In this document: positions 21,707 through 33,971 of the stretch, one piece after another
How positions within the stretch are numbered: the first letter of the stretch is position 1
Layout: each line of letters begins with the position of its first letter
Assembly (NCBI RefSeq): GCF_032191835.1
Contig: NC_083223.1
Coordinates: forward strand, 151,962,001-152,026,000
Length of the DNA: 64,000 bases
Direction of reading: 5' to 3'
From: Heteronotia binoei
Taxonomy: Eukaryota
Notes under the pieces: generated by a model
What the model saw: only the letters and a program-made list of their open reading frames with translations
What the model was told of the DNA's origin: nothing
The model's database searches: none
Position numbers and translations under genes: made by a program

Positions 21707-22498
21707 CTTATGCTATTGCTCTTCAAAGAAAGGTAGCAAAGTCCTTTCACAGATAAGTCTTTTTGACTCTGCACTCTTCATTTGACTATATGCATTCATA
21801 CATTAGCAGGAGGAACAATTGCCTAAGGGAAGATTTTTGTCTGACAAGACTCAAAAAAAGCTGTATCTGGACATGCTCATCTCCGTAGGAATGTGAAATA
21901 GTATTATTAATAAACAAGAGCTCATCATGACCTCCAGAGCAGGAAGCTACATTACCTGTACATAATTAGTAGAGGTTCTAGAAAAGTGGCATGAGGTAAA
22001 TTGCCCCAAACATCTGACAGCAGTTCAATATTCTAATGTTTAAGCCTTCTTTATGTTTCATATCTCTCACACTCACATCCCCTCAGTGTTTTCTCACCTA
22101 TTAATTTAGAATTTTCAGGATTAAAGATAGATGCTTTTGTCTTAGTAGATGCCATCTGCACTATATTTGCAAAGCAGGAAAAAGAATTCATGTTAGAGTG
22201 ACATCTGAAATAAAACACATGCTTTACTCAAAATGTTATACAAAAATTGCTTTTCGGGGCTATCTGGCTGTGACATTACTAAATTATTCTGTATAATGCA
22301 GCAGAGCTACTTGACCCCATTGAAATCAATACTGGATTGTGCTCTTTAAAATCATGGTACATTTAAAGCTGCAGTCTTATATTTATAGTGCAGCCCTCCT
22401 ATACAGAGTTAATGACGTTTTTGCAGGTATAAGATTGCTGCTGATGAGAAAAGCTATGTTCAGTTAAAAACAAACTGGTAATTATTCATATTTTCCCC

Positions 22499-22641
22499 NN
22501 NNNNNNNNNNNNNNNNNNNNNNNNNNNNNNNNNNNNNNNNNNNNNNNNNNNNNNNNNNNNNNNNNNNNNNNNNNNNNNNNNNNNNNNNNNNNNNNNNNNN
22601 NNNNNNNNNNNNNNNNNNNNNNNNNNNNNNNNNNNNNNNNN
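22499..22641. other. Assembly gap (143 N)
   Basis: Run of N characters. Confidence 1.
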
Positions 22642-23077
22642 ACATTTTTTTTTATATATGCATATATTTGTGAATAGTTTGGAAAGTAACTATGGCATAT
22701 TCTTCCAGGAGTCACACAGGTCAGTTGCTGAGAATTCAAGATAAAGCTGCATGATTTGGAAAAAAAACAAAGGTTGAGGTCTCAAAACCAGGCATACGAT
22801 AAAGTGTAAATGAAAAGATAACAGCTCTGCCTGACATTGTTGGGTCCACTAAATCATAACAAGACTTCCAACTGCTGGAAAGAAGCCAGGAATTGGTGAC
22901 TTATATTACAGTTTACTACCATAGCGTTGGAAAGGGAAATGACATGTCTTTCAATGTGGCATTACTTTGTTCTTAAGTGATGGCTGTATCAAGAATGTCA
23001 CATCTGTAGGGGGTTTGTCATTTTGCAGCATAATTTGTCTGTATACATACTGTGTACAGATTATTATTTCTGTTGAA

Positions 23078-23236
23078 CAGGGGTCCTTTCGTAGAAAAAT
23101 AGCTGGTGGAGCTCATCCAGGGACTGTTGTGCAGCTGCACCTACTATTCAATGGACAAGGTGGGGAGGAGGAGGGGGAACCATCAGAAAGGTTCAGGAGC
23201 TATGCTTCTGTGAGCTTCTGCTGAATTCAAGGCCTG
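23078..23236. mobile_element. Short hAT-type MITE (CAGG..CCTG termini)
   Basis: Perfect 8-bp TSD CTGTTGAA at 23070-23077 and 23237-23244. Confidence 0.85.
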
Positions 23237-23589
23237 CTGTTGAACAATGGGATTCAGTGCTGGTAGTCTGGATTTTTCATAATAGTTATATAAACAGGTT
23301 TCTTTCATACTAGACCTTAAGTTTGGTATGAACATAATTATTCTATTCCTCTAAATAAACATTTTGCCAGTCTGTTATATTCCAGTGTTTCCTAGTCCTC
23401 CCCATAAAGAAACCAGTTTGTGGTTATTTTTAATCTTAAAATTCAGTTGCTGAATCAGGCTGTTTACAGTGAATAGCTGAATAGTTATTTAGACTATCAG
23501 AGCAGCTGTCCCTTTAAAATTTCCTTTTGCCTTTCCAACAGCTGACTCTGCAATGTAAGCCAAAATGCTCTCAAAATGAGGTTGGGAAT

Positions 23590-24888
23590 TGTCAGGTGGG
23601 CACCTGGCTTAGTCAGGATCTTTTACCTGTGTATACAGAATTCCACGTCCAGAAAGTAATGCTTAAAAATATTAGGGACTCTAATTAAGTAAAACACATT
23701 AAAATTTATTAAGAAAAATATAGTCTTCCATACAAGATAAAATACTCATAATATCATACACACAGTCCTAAGAAAAATAGAGAGATAGGGGAACACATGG
23801 GTAGACAAAAAAAGCGATATTTACCGATCGTAGTCTTCAAGGAAGGCTCCAATGGCAACGAGTGAGGAAGTGGGAGAAGGGACCCGAAACTGATCAGAAA
23901 TTGGGGATGGATCTATGCAGCGGAAGTTGGGATACTACTAGAAGCACACCTGTGGGTAGCTAGTCCACAGATTATAAGGACTCTCTTGAGCCCTTAGGGA
24001 ATGGGAGGTATGAGGGAAGAGGAAGGTGGTCAGCTGATGCATGACCTCCCAAAAAGGGGAGGTTTTGCAGTGACCATAAGGGCTGGACTACTGCGACAAC
24101 CAATAGAAAGTTCATTGGTGGCACCTAATTGGGTGCTTGCTCTTGACCAATGGACTTGCTTGGATCCTCGATACCTGAGTGAACTTTCAGGTTGAAATGG
24201 ACCAAGGGGAGGCTCCCAAAATGAGAGTCGGGAAGAAGAATAGAGAGTTTACTTGGGTGGGGAGATGCTTAGGACTATTATACATCTAAAAGGGTGAAAT
24301 AGAGAGTCAAATCGTGACCTAGGTAACACCCAGATTGTACAAAGGAACTTGGCTCTGGCTGAAGATGGTCTTCCTCTTCTTCTGTCTTCTCCTTGGCACT
24401 AGTCTTTGTCTTGAGTTCCGTCAAACAAAGAAAGTGGCGGTTGGACGATTAACCACTCCTTTGGTGGGTAGATTGCTTGCAGGCACGGGTGACATATGGT
24501 GTGTATGTGAGCCGTCCGCTTCGATGGAATGGAGTCAAGCCTGGTAGGAAGATGTCTGCATGTGGTGTTAGCCTTCCACGGTGGATTCCATGGTCAGTGC
24601 TTCAAAACCATTCGCCTGGATAGCTCCTGGTGGCACAGTCTCCTCCGTCCTATAGCTTGGATAGACGTCATACGGAACGACGGGAGGTCTTCCGTTCTCC
24701 TGGTGGGCACTCTTGTACTGGTCTTGAGTGCCTTTGTAGCGTTATGTTTGCTTGTACTGCATAAGTCCCTTTTGCCCCTGGATACGTGTGCTCACACTCT
24801 CTGGCCAGATGTGTGCGAGTCACTTCTCCAGGTGCTCTGGCAACCAAGCTGGTGATTACGATGTTCTTTAAGGGGGTTTTTCCTCACA
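23590..24888 (-). mobile_element. Putative long solo LTR, or LTR plus adjacent internal segment
   Basis: Minus strand begins TGTGAGG (alternatively TGTTACC at 24328) and ends CCTGACA. Has CCAAT, TTATAA and AATAAA. No convincing TSD. Confidence 0.5.
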
Positions 24889-25190
24889 GCAAAAGCCTTC
24901 CTCTTTTGCTCTGCTCCCCAATCGATGGTAATTATTTTGAACAAATATTTTAATGGTAATTTATGAATACTTCCTTATAATTTTACATGATTTAAAACCA
25001 TTGTGCAATCATTGATATAAAAATATTTATATTGAAGCTTATTCCCAAGTACATGAGTCTGAGATCAGGATGTAAAAGATTGCCACAAAAATGTTTTGTC
25101 TTGATATGCTCTAGGTGCACCCCCTTCTGAGATTAGATAGGTGGCAGCCCAGGAGAGTGACTTCTTGGTTGTGGTGCCTGAATTCTGAAG

Positions 25191-25700
25191 CTGCCCCCCC
25201 CATTCGGAATAACGAGACAGACAACAATGTGGAATAAAGGGCCACTTTATTTAAACTTAACGGCAATGGGAAAATGGGGCCAGGTTAAGCCAGGGGTCAT
25301 AACCCGACCACCTCCTTAACCCAAAACTGGGCGAGCCCCGGGCCCCGGGTGTGAGCTGACCCAACGACTCAAACCTGGTCGGCCAGGCATGAGATCCCAT
25401 TCACAGAGTTCCACACTCACCCGAACCATGCAGCCTGGGATGTGGACAACTCACTGGTGACAGGATCACGAGGCTCCCCGGAGCCAACCTTGAGCTGTAC
25501 AGCTTAGGTCACCCCCGGGACGCCCTACACCCCAATGGTGCGTTGCCATGGGAGCTCACCAATACCCCAAAAGTACATGTTCCCAACAGTAAAACCGCCA
25601 GTGACCAACTATAAACAGCACTGCCCAAGCCAATTGCCAACGCACCATCCACAGTGCAAGGTAGGCGAAAACACTCCCAAACAGGCCAATATGCTTGAAA
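25191..25700 (-). mobile_element. Relic of a related Ngaro subfamily: B repeat plus spacer
   Basis: Collinear with 518-1010 (e.g. AAAGGGCCACTTTATT, GGCTCCCCGGAGCCAACCTTG, GGCCAATATG). Confidence 0.88.
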
Positions 25701-26351
25701 GACAATCCTCTCTTTTCCAGCACCACAGCCATAACACATACTGGGGGGAAGGCATGGCTACTTTATACAGCTCAGCATACTCTAGGATCCAGCCTGTAGA
25801 CCCAGCTTCACATGTTGTTTGACCCATTGTATATTTGAAGGTTTTTAAGTTTGTGGAAAAATGAACAATTTCAATGAGCGCAAGCCAAGCCAGAAAGACC
25901 ACAATACAGACTTATAAGCATGAGGATCTGAGGACACTGGAGACAGCTATTAGGATTTTGCACAGAAAGTACTTGCTTCGTAAATAAAAGGTGTACAAGC
26001 AGAGCAAAGAAGAGAATCTGTCTCTAAAGGCCATCCAATTTCATGGATCAGGACTTCCAATAAAAATTGTAACAGTGCCGTTAAACATTTCCTCACATAA
26101 TAATCAACTTGTACTGCAGTTATAACATTACTGAATAAGTAATGCCCTTGTATAGCAATTATTACTAAAACTGGAAGCACAATAGAGTTCAGTTTAAACA
26201 GCTGATGTGACAGTACTTATAAGGATTATGAAATTATGCATTCATCAGTTGCATTCCTTGTTAAAAACAATGTTGGCATAATTTTTAAAATGTGACATAG
26301 TTTGTAAGAAAAACACTCAGCATCTATAAACTTCTAGCCATCTATGCTGAT

Positions 26352-26425
26352 ATTTATTTATTTATTCATTCATTCATCCCATTTATATCCCGCCTTTCCC
26401 GCGGTTAGGCTCAGGTCAGCTAACA
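26352..26425 (-). mobile_element. L2-family 3' tail fragment
   Basis: TTTATATCCCGCCTTT..GGCTCAGG..GCTAACA after an AT-rich tail, matching the reverse complement of 52546-52600. Confidence 0.6.
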
Positions 26426-26658
26426 AGCCAGATGTGATTATTATTGTCTTAAAACACAATAATTAAACATTGAAACGATGTGTGGAGAAACACCATTTTA
26501 GGCTTGTGCTTGTCTGGGAGTTGGCTAGAGGAGTCTTAAACTCTAAACAAAACTTTGGCCTAGTCTATTCCTCCTTCCCCCTCCCCTCCTGTCTGGAAGC
26601 GGCACTTCTGAGGAGGCCTCCTAGAGAGACAGGAAGTCTTTCAGGCTGGTCTCCCAGA

Positions 26659-27248
26659 TAGGCTTCCCAACCCTCCCGCCCTGGCGGGGGACCCCAGGTT
26701 TTCCACCCTCTTCCCCCGCTCCCCCAAAAAATGGAAGCGGGGGGAGAGGGGGGAAACGGCGAGGCCGCCGTGCCGCACCACTGCCGCCCCCTCCCCGCCC
26801 ACCACAGTTGCTCCTCCGAGATGGGCCCAGGCTGAGCCCATCTCGGAGGAGCAGCCAAGAGGCGGCAGCAGCTCAGGGGAGGGCGAGGCAGGCCAGGAGC
26901 ATGGCGAGCCGCGAATCCGGGCCCTTCTAGGACCCAGACTTGCGGCTCGCCACGCCCCCGGCCCGCCTCCATCCCCCCCTCCGCTTCCACCCCAGAGGCG
27001 GAGCGGGCGAGGCCGCCGCGCCGCTACCGCCTCTTCTCCGCTCGCCGTGGCTGCTCCTCCGAGATGGGCTCAGCCTAAGCCCATCTCGGAGGAGCAGCCA
27101 CGGTGAGCGGAGAAGAGGTGGCAGCAGCGGGGCGGCCCGCCACGCTCCCCGGTGCCGTTTCCCCCCCTCCCCCTAGCTCCACCCCAGTGTCTCCTGGCTC
27201 CACCCCCAAAGTCCCCAGATATTTCTGGGGTTGGACTTGGCAACCCTA
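26659..27248. mobile_element. CpG-rich hAT-type MITE with long internal hairpins
   Basis: TIRs TAGGCTTCCCA / TGGCAACCCTA. Perfect TSD CTCCCAGA (26651-26658 and 27249-27256). Confidence 0.88.
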
Positions 27249-28262
27249 CTCCCAGAAGGCTGCAGGAGGGAAAACCAGTTTCTGGGCGGGAACTGGGTTT
27301 TATATTATAGATTTTGGGAGGGAAGAGAAGTTTGATTTGAGACTGGTGAGTCGGTTCTGAATGGTATGGTCAGGGCCAGTTATATATTAGGGAAAGAAGG
27401 AGCGTTTATCCCTACTTTCATTTATTGCTCCTGTTCACCCTGTATTGAGAAATGCCTGTAAATAGTTGCATGTTTTAAATAATGTTTTATTTGTTTAAAA
27501 GGTAGTCCCTCTGTACCACCAAGGTTCCCCAACAACCTTAGACCACACTACTGTTAGAGGGGAGTCCAGGGAAGGCATACAGTTGGCAAGAGTGCCAGTC
27601 CTCCAGGGGTCTCCCACAGAAGGACTGTGGTCTCTGTGTTAACCAGGTGCTGGGTTGCAGAGGACCTTGAGGCCACAGAACTGGCAAGGGGGATTGGGAG
27701 TCCTGTTCCTCTCGGTCAGGAACCCCTAAATTGAACAGGTGGTGGCAGTGTGCCCTAGTGGTGGGGAAGAGATTAGCTCTCTTCGGGAGTTGGCAACTCA
27801 AAAGGGAGTTGACGGATTGGGTCTGAAGGCAGAATCGAGCCGGTTCCATCACACAATGAAACATTAAAACCCCAGTTAAAATATTGGTGCTATAAGGGTC
27901 CCTATGTTGAGATGTCATATTCCTTGATGGGGCTGTAGATTTCATTTTTGTGACAAGTCAACAATTTTAGTTGAGAAAAGAAGTTGAGTGGCTTCTCTCT
28001 ATGGTTGCCAACAGCCTGGGGGAAAGTGTCCTGCTCCTTTAATATGTGGGAAAGGGCAGTTGATGGTTTATGTGGCATGAAGGTAAATAATATCATCAGA
28101 TAAATAACTTCCCATTAAGCCTCTGTGTAAAAGGGATAGGAGACTTTTTTTTTTCTCCAGGCTGCTGGCAATCCTACTTACCTTTCTAGCATTCAAGCTT
28201 TGCTCACTTTGCTTTTCTCATTCAAAATGTAGAGTATCCCTATTAATCTAATGTCCTAAATT

Positions 28263-28789
28263 TAGGGTTGCCAAGTCCAATTCAAGAAATATCTGGGGAC
28301 TTTGGGGGTGGAGTCAGGAGACATTGGGGCGGAGCCAGGAGACTTCAGGGTGGAGCCAGGAGCAAGGGCGTGACAAGCATAATTGAACTCCAAAGGGAGT
28401 TCTGGCCATCACATTTAAAGGGACCACACATTTTTTAAATGCCTTCCTTCTATAGGAAATAATGAAGGATAGGGTCACCTTCTTTGGGGGCTCATAGAAT
28501 TGGACCCTTTGGTCCAACCTTTTTAAAACTTGAGGGGTATTTTGTAGAGAGGCATCGGATGCTATGCTGAAACTTTGGTGCCTCTACCTCAAAAAACAGC
28601 TGCCCCAGAGCCCCAGATACCCGTGGATCAATTTGTCATTATTTCCTATGGGAATAAGTCTCCATAGGGAATTAATGAGTTCCCAGCAGGCATTTCCCTT
28701 CCCCCTCCCGCTTTCTGATAACCCTCAAGTGGGGGGAGGGTCTCCAAACTGGGGGATCCCCGGCCCCCACCTGGAGATTGGCAACCCTA
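28263..28789. mobile_element. hAT-type MITE
   Basis: Perfect TIRs TAGGGTTGCCA / TGGCAACCCTA. TSD CCTAAATT / CCTAAACT. Left end is the reverse complement of the right end of the 26659 MITE. Confidence 0.88.
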
Positions 28790-30261
28790 CCTAAACTGGA
28801 GCTCAATTACCTTTTCTATTCTCATGTTTAATTCAAGCTAGTATATTCTGAGCATGTGAATACTGCCAGCTGATTAATGCTGATGATTGCACAGATGCAG
28901 AAGCAGCATGTGCTTAAAAATTTAGCTATATTTAACTGGTATGTGATTGGGCCAGGCTAACTTTGGGTATACACTCAGGTGAAATATGGTGCAGATGGTA
29001 CTTGTAATCCCACTTTTTTCTCTGCATTGATACCTGTACAAGATTATATCATATGTACAGGGCTAGTTTTATGCATGTAAGAGATTACTCAACACTTATG
29101 GATGATTCCTGGAAGTAGGGCAATCATTAGCAGTTCTTACAACCATCTTTTGTAAGATGAGGTTTGGCTGTTGAGTATTTCTGTCCTGAATTCATTGCAA
29201 AATAACCATCTTCTGTACATAGTTATGTTTTTCATCTTTGAAATGAACATTTTCAAGTCCCTACAACTTTTCTTGTATTTTTTTCAGGAAGAAAAGCTGA
29301 CTGGGGAGTATGGAGGAGGATATTTGTATTTCAGCTAGTTTTTACTATTTGTTTCATTCATTGACCTGGGGTCATTTGTCAAATGGATGCTCTTGTTCTT
29401 GCTCCAGTGCACTCTCTTCCCTTTTGGAACAGTTTTCAAGGAATCATTAAAAAGAAATTGTAAACTGTAATAGCCAAGAGTAAGTTAAGGAATTATCCAT
29501 GAATCACCATGGATAAACTCACAGGATAGTAAAGTTTTACCCACCCAAGGAAATTAGTCTAATGAACAGCAGAGAGTGAAAAACTGCTTCATGTTGAATT
29601 ATTGTCATTTAACAATAGTTATGCCTGGATATTTTATGAAATGTGTTCATTTTTCCACATGGCATTTTCTCAGAGCTCAGAGCTTAATTTTTGACTATTT
29701 TCTTCCTCTGAGCAATTGTAGATTTTGGCCTTCAATGTGGTGAGCATGATTTTATGCTCAAATGTGAGACACATGGCAAATCCAGACTGAAAGAAACCAA
29801 ACAGCTATTCATAGAAAAAAAATGTGGTATTATGAAACCAATTTTTGGGTTGATACAGCCAAAACAAAATGTTTATACTTAGAAATGCATTTAATTTTGT
29901 CTATTGTTCTATTTGGTAATGTTTTTAAGCTTGTGAACATCACCCAGAGCCCTGCAGTAGCAGGGACTGGGTGATTCACAAATTGAATTAACATCAACAA
30001 TAACTTCTTGTACATTGGACAGAGTTGAAGATCCTAAACACAGAGGGGCAGTCAGTTGGCCAAGGACTGGTCTCCCAGAGCGAGGTTGGCTACTATCAGT
30101 ATATGGGGCTCTAAGATTCTCTAAGCCTACACAAGGCATTTTTCATATGTATTATTCTTTACAGGACAAAATGATAAATTGTATGCATCCCTTGTTAAAC
30201 TGTGTCATGCAGCAGTTAAAGGCATAGCAACTCTACAAGGAAAAACAACAACAGAAAGTGC

Positions 30262-30706
30262 CCCTTTGTCTATCAGTTGTAGGACCTCCTCTCTTGTCAC
30301 CTCAACCTGACTCAGGTCCTTCAACACCCCTTCCAAAATTAGCAGTTCTGGAGTGGGCAAACACTTCTCATCTTTCACAGTGAAGACGGTGGCAAAATAT
30401 GCATTCATCTTCTCAGCCATTTCCCTATCGTCCTTCAGTAATCCTTTTACCCCTTGGTCATCCAAGGACCCCACTGCCTCCCTGGCTGGTTTCCTGCTTC
30501 TAATATATTTGAAGAAATTTTTATTGTTGGTCTTTATGTTTTTTGCAATATGCTCCTCATAGTCCCTTTTTGCCTTCCTGGTCACAGTCTTGCATTTGAT
30601 TTGCCATAGCCTGTGTTCCCTTTTATTAACCTCACTTGTACTAGCTTTCCACCGCTTAAAGGAATCCTTCTTACCTTTTACAGCTTCCCTTACATTGTTT
30701 GCTACC
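30262..30706 (-). pseudogene. Isolated internal CR1 ORF2 fragment (EN-RT tether)
   Basis: KRDYEEHIAKNIKTNNKNFFKYIRSRKPAREAVG..AEKMNAYFATVF. No 3' tail. Confidence 0.85.
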
Positions 30707-30879
30707 TGACTGGTAAGTTTGCACAGGTATGAGAGAAGGAAATATTTAGAGTGAGAATATTTAATGTTAACATGAAATACATCCTTACCAAAATTAGCAG
30801 TTGCAGGCTTAATTCAAAGAAGGATAATGCTTTCAGAATAGTATTTTCACTCTCCTTAGAACTGCCACTGCTGGCTGCA

Positions 30880-31050
30880 GAAGTTCCTAGAGATCTGGGA
30901 GCTGTGCATGAGGATCTTGGTGGATATGTAGTGCCATAGAATCTTCACTCTGAAGCTGCCATTTCCTCCAGAGAAACTAATCTCTGTAGTCTGCAGACAA
31001 GTTGTTATTCCTGTAGAACTCCAGGCCCCACCTGGGGGTCAGCAACCCTA
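30880..31050. mobile_element. Partial hAT MITE (right end)
   Basis: Ends CAGCAACCCTA; body resembles 32560-32709 and 54300-54443. Confidence 0.6.
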
Positions 31051-31114
31051 TGAGTGATGATGATGGTGATGTATTTATTGGTAGATAAAGCAGCCTGGAG
31101 AAGCAAGCACAACA

Positions 31115-31170
31115 TTTTATTTATTTGATTTATAACCTGCCCTTCCCTGTAGAGCAGGGCTCAGGGCAAG
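31115..31170 (-). mobile_element. L2-family 3' tail fragment
   Basis: TTTATTTATTTGATTTATAACCTGCCCT..GGGCTCAGGGC. Confidence 0.5.
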
Positions 31171-32559
31171 TGGGAAACAACAGCTTTAAAAACAATAAAA
31201 ACAGTGATTGTTATAATATAATAATATAATAATTATAACAATGATTATAAATTAGCTATTAAAAATAATTTTCAGCAGACTCTCTTAGTTGGGACTTCCA
31301 TATAATCTCTATACACCATGAGAATTGCCTCAGGTTCGCCTGATCTATGAAATTGTCCTTGCCTCTACCCAGGCCAGTCTTTCCAGACTGCTAGTCTTTT
31401 CTCAACCTGTTTTAGGAACAACAGGAGATATTAGCAGGATAAGTGGAATAACTTTTTGTGTTCTCAGAGCCACCAATAAAACTGCACAAGCTATACCAGT
31501 ATAACATCTGCCTAGAGTAAATTAAAGTGAAGCACCTTGAACTAAAACAAAAGACTGTCTTGTGTAAATATCCCAGCCCCACCTGTGTTTGTGTGAATAA
31601 AAATCTATTCTGTTTGCTGTTTAAAAGCTGCTTTATTTAACTACCCTTTGTCTCTAGAGGTAATATTCTGACCAACCCTCTCAACTCACCCTCTCACTGT
31701 TTCTTTATTTTTAGTTCCTCCAGAATTCTAAGCAGTCTGACATCACAGTTGTCATGTGACCTAGCAATTCTCTTGATTTATTGCTGCTTAGCTAAAAAGC
31801 TTGCAGTCCATCACAGATGTACACTGCCCTAAGTCCTACCTTGCAAGGGATGGTGGTTTAAAAATCTAATTTAATAAATAAATAAATAACTATTTTGGGA
31901 CCCCAACCCCCTTTGCAATTGTATTATGATTTTATTTGGTTATTTTTTTAGGTCTACATACTGCTGTTTCCCAGTTATTTGCAGCAATCTGATTGCTGTT
32001 ATAAATACATTGTTATATGAGTTATATGACTGCCTTGTTTAGTCAGTCAGTCTTTATTATGGCCCACAGGCCATTTGGATGCAGAAAAATGCTATTATAG
32101 AATTTCAGTTGGATTATATTATCATGAACTGCCTTGGGTTCCTGCGAGAGAGAAATGTAAAATTATATATATATAAACCAAGTGTATTAGCACTTCCCAG
32201 CTCTTCCATTGACTGTGATGTGCCATTGGCCCATCAACCACCATTCAAGTTTCATTGCATCCCATAGGTTGAGTCCACTTCTCTCTCCCGCCCACTATCA
32301 CCTACCCACTATCTGTGGCATTTGGAAGATAAAGTAGGTAGCAGCAGCAGGGAGATGGTGAAGAGAGAGAAAACAAAGATGGTAATGTAGCTAGGCAGCA
32401 AGGCCTGGCCCTGTCATGAACGTTTCCTCAGAGGCCATGGCAGCTGCGTCTTTCCTGTCACTCCCTCCTCTCCTCAGCCTCACCCCATGACAGACGAGGA
32501 TTAGGCCACTGGGGAACCTGCTAGGCAGTGGCTGTTACTAGGCAATCAAACTTGGTTCT

Positions 32560-32709
32560 GTCAGTAAAGGGAGAGGCCTCAGCTGAATATAATGCCATAG
32601 AGTCCACCCTCCAAAGCAATTTTTCTCCAGGGGGAGAGAAACCTGTTGTTTGGAGTTCAGTTGTGATCCCAGGAGAACTTCAGGCTCACCCTGGAGATTG
32701 GCTGCCCTA
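32560..32709. mobile_element. Partial hAT MITE (right end)
   Basis: Ends TGGCTGCCCTA; contains the GCCATAGAGTCCACCCTCCAAAGC body motif. Confidence 0.6.
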
Positions 32710-32749
32710 AGCCTGGCTGTTTGCTACTGTTCAGCAGCAGCCCCCTATG

Positions 32750-32935
32750 AAAACTAGTGTGGTGTAGAAGTTAACATTTCAGAGCAGGGTCTGCCAGACT
32801 CAGGTTCTTGCTGTGGAAGCTGGCTGGTTGATTTCAGACTAGTTACAGACTTTCAGCCTAACCTACCTCACAGGGTTGTTGTGCAGATCAAAAAGGGGAG
32901 AGGAGAATGATGGAAGCCACTTTGGTCCTCACCAG
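32750..32935 (+). mobile_element. Degenerate tRNA-derived SINE (Squam3-like)
   Basis: AGTGTGGTGTAG head and CAGCCTAACCTACCTCACAGGGTTGTTGTG body. Confidence 0.55.
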
Positions 32936-33559
32936 GGCCTGCACATGGCAGTAGGCCAGGTTGGTGGCTGCCTAGGGTGCCATCTAGCAGTGGGGGGTAT
33001 CCTCTCTCCACTTGTGCTTCCCAGGCCAGCAAACACAGTGCATCTCCACTCAGCCCCTTCCGGTTTTGTGCTTCAGGCCCAGAGAGGGCTGAGTGGGGAC
33101 TGTAGCCTCAAAGTTGTTTGGAGCTGTTCTGAATGCCTCTGAGGTGAGCGAACACACTGTGGTTTCTGCTCAGCCCCCTCTGAGGTGGAGGTCTGGGATG
33201 GAGGATGGGATGGCGCATGCATTGGCTCTGGTCCTCATTGCAGAGAAAGAGTGTACTTTTCCAAGGTAGAGGCTGCAGGGAAGGGAGAGGAAATGGAAAG
33301 CTGAAGTCAGATCAATTTCCTTACAGAAAACGGCCACCTTGGGGTGCATACTCTATTATACCATAATACAGCCATGCCAGTCCAAAAAAAAACAGATCAC
33401 CCAAGCTCACACTGATGCTAAATGCCATAAGGCTGAATATGACAGGAAAAGGTGGCCACAATGCACTGCAAACAGAAGGAATGCTGAGCGTCAGTGTCTG
33501 TGTAACCATTGTCATGGCCCCCGCACCACCTATAATTATTCTTCCTTGTTTGCATGCTA

Positions 33560-33971
33560 GACAGCTTTCAGGGCTTTGAGCCACCACAGACATGAGGACA
33601 CACACACACATGGGGGGGAAGCCAGTATCTGTTTCAGTTGTTGGGTGGGTGAGAAGACAGCAAGGGTGGGGGGGTGAGTAAAGACCAAGGGTTGGTGGGT
33701 GGGAAGGCAGCAAGGGTGGGATGAGTGAATGTCACCGGTGGGGGAGTAGTGGAGCACTAAGGGTGTGGGGTAGATGAGAGGAAGAGTGGTTGGGGGTCGT
33801 TGGTAATTGGAGGGGTGAGAAGTTGTGGGTGAATGGGAGGGAAGACATCAACTGTGTGTGGGGGAGTATATGCCTTCACTTGGGTGGGAAGATAGCAGGG
33901 GGGGGGACACCCACCCAGGGCCTCTTTCCCAAGGCTGTTGTATTTTTGCTCACAATGGGCCTTGTTACTAG
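33560..33971 (+). mobile_element. Possible non-autonomous Helitron 3' part
   Basis: Imperfect hairpin AAGGCTGTTGT..ACAATGGGCCTT (33931-33963), then CTAG (33968-33971) followed by T. The 5' boundary is a guess. Confidence 0.45.

Noticed and set aside
22460-22739. ORFs containing poly-X
   Set aside because: Artefacts of the N gap.
26565-27360. Pro/Gly/Ala-rich ORFs suggesting a first coding exon
   Set aside because: They lie inside the GC-rich MITE defined by TIRs and a perfect TSD.
29262-29340. Strong acceptor-like TTTTCTTGTATTTTTTTCAG
   Set aside because: No matching donor or recognisable reading frame; cannot be supported without RNA data.
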